From an uncultured Chloroflexia bacterium (GTDB lineage Bacteria; Chloroflexota; Dehalococcoidia; DSTF01; JALHUB01), in NCBI GenBank assembly GCA_963842845.1, contig CAWJHZ010000007.1:139281-203280 (forward strand): a stretch of DNA of 64,000 nt, in the 5' to 3' direction. This document shows, piece after piece, positions 42,636 through 49,863 of this stretch (positions within the stretch are counted from its first letter, which is position 1; each line of letters begins with the position of its first letter). A program made the translations under genes and the position numbers. The notes under the pieces are model-generated. The model worked only from the letters and a program-made list of their open reading frames with translations, had not been told where the DNA came from and ran no database searches.

Positions 42636-43473
42636 AGCTGACTTCCACACCCACACAAACGCCTCGGACGGCAGACTGACGCCGACGGAACTGGTGCGGC
42701 TGGCGGTGTCGCGCGGGCTCAGCATCCTGGGCGTGACGGACCACGATTCGACGGAAGGCATTCCGGAGGCGCTGGCGGCCGCGTCGCAGCACCCCGGCTT
42801 CACGCTGGTGCCGGGCGTCGAGATGAGCACGGACATCCCGGGCGACGAAGTGCACGTCCTCGGCTTCTTCATCGACCCCGAGGACGCCGCTTTTCAGAAG
42901 GCGCTGTGCGATCTGCGGATGGCGCGTCGGGACCGCGGGCGAATGATGGTGGAAAAGCTTCACGCTCTGGGCATCGACATTCCCTGGGAGCGCGTAGAGG
43001 CGGCGGCGGGCGACGGCTCGGTGGGACGGCCGCACGTGGCGGAGGTACTGCAGGAGATGGGGTACGTGTCGTCGTTCCAGGAGGCCTTCGACCGTTACAT
43101 CGGCCGGAACGGCCCGGCGTACGCGGAGCGCGTCAAGCTCACGCCGGCGGAGGCGATCGCGATGCTGGCGAAGGCTGGCACACTGCCGGTGTTGGCTCAT
43201 CCCGCCAGCCTGTCGAATCTCGACGACCTGCTCGAAGAGCTAAGGGCGGTGGGCATGGTTGGGATGGAAGTCTATTACCAGGACTACGACCGGAGTACTC
43301 TGGCCCGCCTGGCTGCAGCAGCCGAGCGACACGATCTACTGAAGCTGGGCGGCAGCGACTTCCACGGCATCGGCGGCCCTCGGGAGCGCCTCCCCGGCGA
43401 CATTCCTCTTCCCGACGAAGCCATCGAAGCTTTCATGTCGGCGGCGCGCCAGATGACGTCCGGACGAAAGTAG
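42625..43473 (+). CDS. PHP-domain metal-dependent phosphoesterase
   Basis: ADFHTHTNASDG...LGVTDHD are PHP motifs. Confidence 0.75.
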   Translation: MTSKADFHTHTNASDGRLTPTELVRLAVSRGLSILGVTDHDSTEGIPEALAAASQHPGFTLVPGVEMSTDIPGDEVHVLGFFIDPEDAAFQKALCDLRMARRDRGRMMVEKLHALGIDIPWERVEAAAGDGSVGRPHVAEVLQEMGYVSSFQEAFDRYIGRNGPAYAERVKLTPAEAIAMLAKAGTLPVLAHPASLSNLDDLLEELRAVGMVGMEVYYQDYDRSTLARLAAAAERHDLLKLGGSDFHGIGGPRERLPGDIPLPDEAIEAFMSAARQMTSGRK

Positions 43474-43476
43474 CCT

Positions 43477-44133
43477 TCAAGGCGCGTAATAGACGTCCAC
43501 GGGCGCCCAATCGAGGTAGTAGCTGCGGCTGCTGCAGCCGCCGCCGGTGCAGTTACAGGTGAGCCGGACGCGGAAGTTGGCGTTGCTCAGTTCGTCGATG
43601 GTCCAGCTATGGCCCCACGTATCGGCGGAACCGCCGAGAAGCGCCGTATGCTCCGTCGTGCTTTTGACGGTGTCAGAGTAGGGCGCGGTCCACGTGCTGC
43701 CGCCGTCCCACGATAGCTCGACGGACATGCTGGTGGCGTCGCTCATCGAGTCCAGCCACCAGTCCAGGCGCACTCCGATCCCATTTACCGTGCAGCCGCC
43801 GGGAACACCGACGTTGTAGTCGTAGAAGCGGTGGCGGTCGCCCGGGCCGTTGACGTTGCTGGCGTAGCCGCCGCCGTCCGCATAGGCGTTGGTCGGATTC
43901 AGCTCGAAGCCGTCGCCGTTGCCGCCGGTGTCCGCCGCGTTGGCCGACGGATCAAGCAAGCCGGTGCTGTTAGACCGGCAGAAGGACGCGGCGCTGGTGA
44001 AGGTGTTGCCGGAGTTGTCGGCCTGGTCGGAAGACAAGCCGAGGCCCTTCCCCGGGGCACCAGCCGTCAGACCGGTGCCCGCAAGGGCGAGCGCCAGGGC
44101 GATAAGCATTCCGGGCCGGACGAGCATAGGCAT
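43477..44133 (-). CDS. Secreted TasA/TapA-like protein with a SipW-cognate-type signal peptide (Cys-containing C-terminus)
   Basis: A signal peptide (MLIALALALAGTGLTAGA) is followed by DxxxNSGNTFTSAASF. The same motif occurs in the first gene of the operon, and it resembles the TasA/TapA xFxDxxxxxxTFASGT mature N-terminus. Confidence 0.6.
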   Translation of the reverse strand: MPMLVRPGMLIALALALAGTGLTAGAPGKGLGLSSDQADNSGNTFTSAASFCRSNSTGLLDPSANAADTGGNGDGFELNPTNAYADGGGYASNVNGPGDRHRFYDYNVGVPGGCTVNGIGVRLDWWLDSMSDATSMSVELSWDGGSTWTAPYSDTVKSTTEHTALLGGSADTWGHSWTIDELSNANFRVRLTCNCTGGGCSSRSYYLDWAPVDVYYAP

Positions 44134-44216
44134 CGCCTTCCCTTGACGCTACGACCCACAGCTCCAGGCAGCTGCCCCGGCTATCAGCGTGGAGGCGAGC
44201 AGGAGCTTCGCCCGGT

Positions 44217-44810
44217 CTAGCATTGAGGCTCCTCGCTGAAGTATGGACGCGGCGGGCCCTCCTTCCACGTTTGCCACAGGACGATTCCGGCTAGCAGCGC
44301 CGCTGGGATGAATAGGAGAAGGGTGCGGCCGACGGGCCCGCGGGCGAAATGCACAAGGTAGCCTGCCCAGGGAATGCTGAAGACGATTCGATCACCGGGG
44401 CCATAGAGGGCCACCGGCGAGTCTGGCTCCTTATTGGCGTCGCCGCGAGTGATGAACTTGCGCGTGCCGTCGCTGGTATCGATCCCAATGACGCGGTGCA
44501 GAATTGGGCTGGCGTTGGCGGACCTCTTGATAGCGACGATGTCGCCAACCTTGATCGCGTCGGGCTCAATCTTCCTGGTGATGCCGATGCTGCCGGTGCG
44601 GAGCGCCGAGCCCATGCTGCCGCCGTAGATGACGTAGGCGCGGTAGCCGAAGAAGGCCAGAATCGAGGGGACGACAAGCAGGACGATGATGGCCAGCGCC
44701 GCGACCAGGTACGCCCAGCCGGCAAGGGCGAGGCCCTTGCTCAGCGGGACAAGTCGTTGGCGTACGTCAGGGAACCAGCGCGGCATCCTTACCTCCAGCC
44801 CCTTGCCCAA
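44217..44810 (-). CDS. sipW: Signal peptidase I, archaeal/ER type (SipW-like, S26B)
   Basis: A single N-terminal TM helix, a catalytic Ser in YGGSMGSAL (compare SGSMEP), a conserved His in ILHRVIGI, an RGDAN motif and a C-terminal TM helix. Confidence 0.75.
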   Translation of the reverse strand: MGKGLEVRMPRWFPDVRQRLVPLSKGLALAGWAYLVAALAIIVLLVVPSILAFFGYRAYVIYGGSMGSALRTGSIGITRKIEPDAIKVGDIVAIKRSANASPILHRVIGIDTSDGTRKFITRGDANKEPDSPVALYGPGDRIVFSIPWAGYLVHFARGPVGRTLLLFIPAALLAGIVLWQTWKEGPPRPYFSEEPQC

Positions 44811-44817
44811 GCCTCTC

Positions 44818-45372
44818 CTACGGGTTGTTCGTCGTCTGCTCTGCTGCGAACGTGAACGTCGCGGTCGTGGCAGCGGCCTCAGGTCCGGTGGCGTCCGAAG
44901 GGAGCGTCACCTTGAAGCACAGGGCCTCGCTGGTGGCCGCATCCAACACTCGGTCGCCGGGGTCGCCGCCGGTCGCCGGATCGCCGATGGCGCCGTCCCC
45001 GAGCGATCCGCTGTAGAGTGTTGTGCCGTCGAACGTTGCGCAGTCGGTGCCCTTCTCCTTGATGACCAGCGTCAGAGCATCTGCGAGGTTCTTGCTGTCG
45101 ACGTTCGTGGCGACGGTCGTCATCGCATAGCGAAGCTGGAGCGTGCCGTCGTTGGAGATCGTCAGTTGGTCAGTGACGGTATCGCCGGGCGCCATGTTGC
45201 TCATCGTGATGAACGCGCTGGCCGGACTCGTGCTGATTATGACGCTGCCGCTCGTGAACGTGTTGCCGCCGTTGTCGACGCTCTGAGTGAACAGCGAAAG
45301 TCCTCCTCCGAGGCTTACGCAGGCGGCGAGCGTGCTGATGGCTACCATGCTAATGAGAATTCGCTTAATCAT
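44818..45372 (-). CDS. Secreted TasA/camelysin-like protein with a SipW-cognate-type signal peptide
   Basis: MIKRILISMVAISTLAACVSLGGGLSLFTQSVDNGGNTFTSGSVII. A good RBS (GGAGAGGGGG) precedes the ATG, and the gene is first in a three-gene minus-strand operon. Confidence 0.6.
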   Translation of the reverse strand: MIKRILISMVAISTLAACVSLGGGLSLFTQSVDNGGNTFTSGSVIISTSPASAFITMSNMAPGDTVTDQLTISNDGTLQLRYAMTTVATNVDSKNLADALTLVIKEKGTDCATFDGTTLYSGSLGDGAIGDPATGGDPGDRVLDAATSEALCFKVTLPSDATGPEAAATTATFTFAAEQTTNNP

Positions 45373-45657
45373 TGTCGTACGCCCCCTCTCCGGAGGGCTT
45401 GGCGGCTTCAGCCTCCTTCATGCCCGCGCCGGAAGCCTTGTGTCCCGTCTGCGGCCCCTCCCGGGGCGCCACGTCCGGGCTCACGACCTCCCTGTCGCAA
45501 AAGCCGCTCCCTCTCTCGTTTCTTGTCGAATCCTACGTTTTTTCCGGACTCGACCGATGAGCGTATGCCAATGGACATACGTCTTTCTGTTGGAGTATCG
45601 GCTGGGGATAGAGAATGTTAAGGGTGATGTTACTCAATTGTAGTGCGATAATAGCTA

Positions 45658-46179
45658 GTGAATCTGGCGACGGAATGGAGGCGGTTGAACGTGCAGTGCG
45701 CGACGCATCCGGGCGTAGAGACGGAGCTGGCTTGCAGCCGCTGCGGCAAGCCGATCTGCCCGCGCTGCCTGGTGCACACAGACGTCGGGGCGCGCTGTCG
45801 CGAGTGCGCCCATCTGCGTCGCATCCCAACCTACGACGTGGCACTGCCCTATCTCTTGCGGGCGATTGGAACAGCAGTGGTCGGCGGCGTTCTCGGCGGG
45901 ATTCTATGGTGGCTGCTGCTGCCGCGGCGGGGATCGATCATCTCCTATTTCGCGCTGTTCTTCGCAATCGGATTAGGGTACGGGATCGGCGAGGGGGTAA
46001 GCTGGGCTTCGAACCGGAAGCGGGGCGCCGTGCTGCAGGGGACGGCGGCGTGCGGCGTCGTCATAGCTTATCTGCTTCGGAACGTCCTTCAGGGATCCGG
46101 GCTGCTAGCGGCCAGCGACCTCTTCGGCTACGTCACCGTGGGGCTGGCGATCGTGGTGGCCATCGGGCGACTTCGCTAG
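45658..46179 (+). CDS. Membrane protein with an N-terminal Cys/His-rich zinc-ribbon (B-box-like) domain
   Basis: CATHPGVETELACSRCGKPICPRCLVHTDVGARCRECAH is followed by about four TM helices. The start is uncertain and may be the GTG near 45690. Confidence 0.5.
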   Translation: MNLATEWRRLNVQCATHPGVETELACSRCGKPICPRCLVHTDVGARCRECAHLRRIPTYDVALPYLLRAIGTAVVGGVLGGILWWLLLPRRGSIISYFALFFAIGLGYGIGEGVSWASNRKRGAVLQGTAACGVVIAYLLRNVLQGSGLLAASDLFGYVTVGLAIVVAIGRLR

Positions 46180-46246
46180 ATTTCTGGTCGCCAGAAGTGA
46201 AAAGCCGAGGCTTTCCAGTCTCGGCTGCTTTCTTCTCCCCAGGATC

Positions 46247-46519
46247 CTAGCGGAAGACGAGAGAGAGGACGATTATCAGCGTAAGCATGCAGGCCATGAA
46301 AACGAAGATGCGTCGGACTTCGGATCCGACGTAGCTGAAGTCCATCATGCCGGGCACGCGACGCGCTGGCGCCGCCAACGTCGTCGTCGACGTCGACTCG
46401 GCAACTTTCGTTGCGCTGGAGATAGGGGCGACCCGCGCGCGGGCTGCCGCAGGCGGCGGAACGATACGCCTTCGTCCTTTTCGTTTGTCTCGAGGCTTGC
46501 CGGCGGGCTGTCTGCTCAT
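46247..46519 (-). CDS. Small hypothetical tail-anchored membrane protein (90 aa, basic N-terminus)
   Basis: AAGGTGGAG lies 6 nt upstream of the ATG. The N-terminus is basic (KPRDKRKGRRR), and a single C-terminal TM helix (IFVFMACMLTLIIVLSLVF) follows. Confidence 0.5.
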   Translation of the reverse strand: MSRQPAGKPRDKRKGRRRIVPPPAAARARVAPISSATKVAESTSTTTLAAPARRVPGMMDFSYVGSEVRRIFVFMACMLTLIIVLSLVFR

Positions 46520-46617
46520 CGTTTCTCCACCTTGATCAACTTCTGTTGGGATTATACATCGGGAGGAAGCGAGGTTCAATGAAAGCAGCGGCCGACGGAA
46601 TGGACGGATCGATGGTG

Positions 46618-47081
46618 CGCCCGGCGGGATTCGAACCCACGGCCTGTCGCCTGAGGCGACCGCTCTATCCGACCGGAGGGGACCCAGCCGCGCCGGGGCA
46701 CGGGTCTCTGTCGCAAGGTATCGGTCGATGGTGCGCCCGGCGGGATTCGAACCCACGGCCTGTCGCCTGAGGCGACCGCTCTATCCCACCGGAGGGGACC
46801 CAGCCGCGCCGGGGCACGGGCCTCTGTCGCAAGGTATCGGTCGATGGTGCGCCCGGCGGGATTCGAACCCACGGCCTGTCGCCTGAGGCGACCGCTCTAT
46901 CCGACCGGAGGGGACCCAGCCGCGCCGGGGCACGGGTCTCTGTCGCAAGGTATCGGTCGATGGTGCGCCCGGCGGGATTCGAACCCACGGCCTGTCGCCT
47001 GAGGCGACCGCTCTATCCCACCGGAGGGGACCCAGCCGCGCCGGGGCACGGGCCTCTGTCGCAAGGTATCGGTCGATGGTG
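46618..47081 (-). repeat. 4 x 116-bp tandem array of truncated tRNA-Arg-like units
   Basis: Units start at 46618, 46734, 46850 and 46966. Their 3' parts are identical to tRNA-Arg (GGATAGAGCG ... AGGCCGTGGGTTCGAATCCCGCCGGGCGCACCA), and the anticodon arm is replaced by a GTCGCC-TCA-GGCGAC hairpin. The copies alternate A/B/A/B through two SNPs. Confidence 0.85.
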
Positions 47082-47158
47082 CGCCCGGCGGGATTCGAAC
47101 CCACGGCCTCAGCCTCCGCAGGGCTGCGCTCTATCCAGCTGAGCTACGAGCGCCCCAA
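47082..47158 (-). tRNA. tRNA-Arg (anticodon read as GCG)
   Basis: The hand-folded cloverleaf is GCGCTCG / CGGGCGC acceptor (one U.G), GCTC/GAGC D-stem, CAGCC-CTGCGGA-GGCTG anticodon arm, T-loop TTCGAAT, discriminator A, and an encoded CCA. Confidence 0.8.
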
Positions 47159-47212
47159 TCAACGTTCGGGCGACGGACGGTCCGGTCCGTCTCGATTCGC
47201 TTTTCAATGGTG

Positions 47213-47298
47213 CCGAAGGTGGGATTTGAACCCACACGCCCTTGCGGACACTACGCCCTGAACGTAGCGCGTCTGCCATTCCGCCACTTCGGCAGGGC
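47213..47298 (-). tRNA. tRNA-Leu (anticodon CAG), class II with a long variable arm
   Basis: Acceptor GCCGAAG / CTTCGGC, anticodon arm CTACG-TTCAGGG-CGTAG, a long variable arm, T-loop TTCAAAT, and an encoded CCA. Confidence 0.85.
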
Positions 47299-47308
47299 CT
47301 GCATGGTG

Positions 47309-47690
47309 GGCGGTACAGAGCTCGAACCTGTGACCTGTCGCCTCAGGCGACCGCTCACCACCTAGTCTGGTGGGCGGCACAGGCTCGAACCTGTGACCTG
47401 TCGCCTCAGGCGACCGCTCACCACCTAGTCTGGTGGGCGGTACAGGGCTCGAACCTGTGACCTGTCGCCTCAGGCGACCGCTCACCACCTAGTCTGGTGG
47501 GCGGCACAGGCTCGAACCTGTGACCTGTCGCCTCAGGCGACCGCTCACCACCTAGTCTGGTGGGCGGTACAGGGCTCGAACCTGTGACCTGTCGCCTCAG
47601 GCGACCGCTCACCACCTAGTCTGGTGGGCGGTACAGGGCTCGAACCTGTGACCTGTCGCCTCAGGCGACCGCTCACCACCTAGTCTGGTG
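47309..47690 (-). repeat. 6 x 63/64-bp tandem array of truncated tRNA-Val-like units
   Basis: Units start at 47309, 47373, 47436, 47500, 47563 and 47627. Each reads GACTAGGTGGTGAGCG + GTCGCC-TGA-GGCGAC hairpin + AGGTCACAGGTTCGAGCCCTGTACCGCCCACCA, which is positions 44-76 of the adjacent tRNA-Val including CCA. Confidence 0.85.
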
Positions 47691-47767
47691 GGCGGTACAG
47701 GGCTCGAACCTGTGACCTCTTCCGTGTGAAGGAAGCGCTCGTACCAACTGAGCTAACCGCCCGCTCC
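47691..47767 (-). tRNA. tRNA-Val (anticodon CAC)
   Basis: Acceptor GGGCGGT / ACCGCCC, D-arm GCTC-AGTTGGTAC-GAGC, anticodon arm CTTCC-TTCACAC-GGAAG, T-arm ACAGG-TTCGAGC-CCTGT, and an encoded CCA. Confidence 0.85.
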
Positions 47768-47863
47768 CGTTCACGATTCTATCCAACGAGGAGAGGGCCT
47801 GTCAACCGAAAAACCTCGATGACGAGGTTTGGCCGACGAAGGATCCGATTCGGGCTGCGTCGC

Positions 47864-49078
47864 CTAAGACGGGGCTGGCTGCGTCGCCTGGTAGTCGCGC
47901 CAGCGCTCCTCCAGGCGCGGGTCCTTCAGCGTCGCGAGGAGGTAATCGGTAAACTCAGAGCCTTTCACGCCGGTCGGGCGGCCGGTGACGACCATCTTCT
48001 TCTCGAACGTATCGCAGATTTCGAGAGCCATCTCCAGACGGCGGCCGCGGTCGGCGTAACCGATGTGGTTGAGGAGCATGGCGCCGGCGCGGATGAGCCC
48101 GCTAGGGTCGGCGTATTCCACACGCCCCTCTTCGACCATGCGGGGTGCGCTGCCGTGAATCGCCTCGAACATCGCGTAGTGGCGGCCGATGTTGGCACTG
48201 CCGGCCGTGCCGACGCCACCCTGAAGCTCGGCGGCCTCGTCGGTCAGGATGTCGCCGTAAAGGTTGGGCAGGACGACGACGCGGAAGTGGGAGCGGCGCT
48301 TGGGGTCGACGAGCTTGGCCGGGATTATGTCAATATACCAGTCGTCCCACTCGATTTCGGGATAATTGGTGGCGATGCTCCTGGCCGTCTCCAGGAACTT
48401 GCCGTCGGTGGTCTTGATGACGTTGGCCTTAGTGACGACGGTGACCCGCTTCTTGTCGTGCTTGCGAGCGTAGTCGAAGGCCATCTCGATGATGCGCTCG
48501 CTGCCCTGGCTGGTGACCGCCGTGAAGTCGAAAGCGAGGTCCTCGGTGACGTGGATGCCGCGGCTGCCCATGACGTAGGCGCCCTCGGTGTTCTCGCGGA
48601 AGAACGTCCAGTCGATGCCCTGCGCCGGAATCTTGACGGGGCGAACGTTGGCGAACAGGTCGAGGGCGCGGCGCATGGCGACGTTGGCGCTCTCTATGTT
48701 GGGCCAGGGATCGCCGGCGCGAGGGGTCGTCGTCGGCGCTTTGAGGATGACGTGGCACTGCTTGAGCTCGTCGAGAACGTCGTCAGGGATGGCCTTGAGC
48801 TGAGCGGCGCGGTTTTCGATGGTGAGGCCGTCGATTGTCTTGAAGACAATGTCGCCGCGCTCCACCTCGGGCGCGAGGATGTACTCCAGGACGCGCTGCG
48901 ATTCGCGCGAGATGTAGGGTCCAATGCCGTCGCCGCCGCAGACGCCGATGACAAGCGGTCGGAGCGAGGAGTAGTCGGCCCAGCCGTTGTCGGCCTTCAT
49001 GCGCTCGACGCGCGTCAGTTGCTCTTCGACGAGGGCTCCGAAGTGCTGTTTTGCTCGTTCGACGGCTTCTCTATCCAT
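47864..49078 (-). CDS. icd: Isocitrate dehydrogenase (isocitrate/isopropylmalate dehydrogenase family)
   Basis: A 404-aa protein with LPNLYGDILTD and GSAPRM motifs characteristic of the beta-decarboxylating dehydrogenase family. Confidence 0.75.
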   Translation of the reverse strand: MDREAVERAKQHFGALVEEQLTRVERMKADNGWADYSSLRPLVIGVCGGDGIGPYISRESQRVLEYILAPEVERGDIVFKTIDGLTIENRAAQLKAIPDDVLDELKQCHVILKAPTTTPRAGDPWPNIESANVAMRRALDLFANVRPVKIPAQGIDWTFFRENTEGAYVMGSRGIHVTEDLAFDFTAVTSQGSERIIEMAFDYARKHDKKRVTVVTKANVIKTTDGKFLETARSIATNYPEIEWDDWYIDIIPAKLVDPKRRSHFRVVVLPNLYGDILTDEAAELQGGVGTAGSANIGRHYAMFEAIHGSAPRMVEEGRVEYADPSGLIRAGAMLLNHIGYADRGRRLEMALEICDTFEKKMVVTGRPTGVKGSEFTDYLLATLKDPRLEERWRDYQATQPAPS

Positions 49079-49154
49079 GTGTCCCCTATCCTAGCACGAC
49101 TTCCCGTGAAAAGACCGCAAGCCTCCTAAGCTGACCGGGGCGGAAGAGGCGAAT

Positions 49155-49230
49155 TGGTGGCAGCGGAGGGATTTGAACCCCCGACCAAGGGCTTATGAGT
49201 CCCCTGCTCTACCGACTGAGCTACGCTGCC
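49155..49230 (-). tRNA. tRNA with a CAU anticodon (elongator Met, or Ile2/lysidine type)
   Basis: Acceptor GGCAGCG / CGCTGCC with a G1-C72 pair, so it is not an initiator. Anticodon loop CTCATAA. The anticodon stem and variable loop (GAGCAGGGGACTCATAAGCCCTTGGTCG) resemble tRNA-Ile2. Confidence 0.75.
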
Positions 49231-49323
49231 ACACCTTCGGCGAGTGCGCTGCCAACGAATAACGCTAACGGCGAATCGATGATAGCAAAGGCTTTCTGAG
49301 GGTGTCAAACCCGCGGAATCTGA

Positions 49324-49740
49324 TCAGACTGCCGGCGTCACCTCCGACGTGCAGTATGCGCAGCGACGCGCTTCGGCTGGTATGTTACTCAAGCACTCCG
49401 GGCATTTGCGGACTGTCGGGTCGGGCGGCGGCTCTTTTCGCGAGCGCGCAAGATAAGCGTTCAGCGGCACGACGATCAGGAAGAAGACCACCGCGCCTAT
49501 CATCACAAAGGTGATCGTTTTGTTGATGAAGTCGCCGTAGCGGAAGGTGCTGTTGTGGACCGTGAAGGCCAGGACGGAGAAGTCCTGCTGGCCACCGATG
49601 GCCGCGATCAGCGGCGTCACGAAGTCCTGGACCAACGCCGTGACCACCGCGCCGAACGCTGCGCCGATCACGACCGCGATGGCAAGATCGACTACGTTGC
49701 CCCTGAGCAAGAATGCCTTGAAGTCGTTGATGAGTTTCAT
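49324..49740 (-). CDS. mscL: Large-conductance mechanosensitive channel MscL with a C-terminal zinc-ribbon extension
   Basis: MKLINDFKAFLLRGNVVDLAIAVVIGAAFG is the MscL TM1, and a C-terminal CPEC...CAYC motif follows. Confidence 0.85.
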   Translation of the reverse strand: MKLINDFKAFLLRGNVVDLAIAVVIGAAFGAVVTALVQDFVTPLIAAIGGQQDFSVLAFTVHNSTFRYGDFINKTITFVMIGAVVFFLIVVPLNAYLARSRKEPPPDPTVRKCPECLSNIPAEARRCAYCTSEVTPAV

Positions 49741-49863
49741 GTTCTCCCTCCCTGGAGAATGTGCCAGCCAGCGCCGGCAGCGCCTTAACGACTGGATCCG
49801 CTGGCCGGGCTTGGCGACAGGCGCAGCAGCGTCACTTGAGACGGCATTGAGGCCCGGCCTACA

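Noticed and set aside
47309-47690. A CRISPR-like look: 32-bp repeat alternating with a 32-bp spacer.
   Set aside because: All the spacers are identical, and the repeat is the tRNA-Val 3' half. It is a tandem duplication array, not CRISPR, and there are no cas genes.
46618-47767. tRNA-targeted integrative element with att-site scars.
   Set aside because: No integrase or cargo lies between the copies, and the periodicity is perfect at 64 and 116 bp. XerD at 53834 is a housekeeping-type recombinase with no phage genes nearby.
47726-49129. A 467-aa plus-strand ORF opposite icd.
   Set aside because: Antisense to an isocitrate dehydrogenase family gene with clear motifs.
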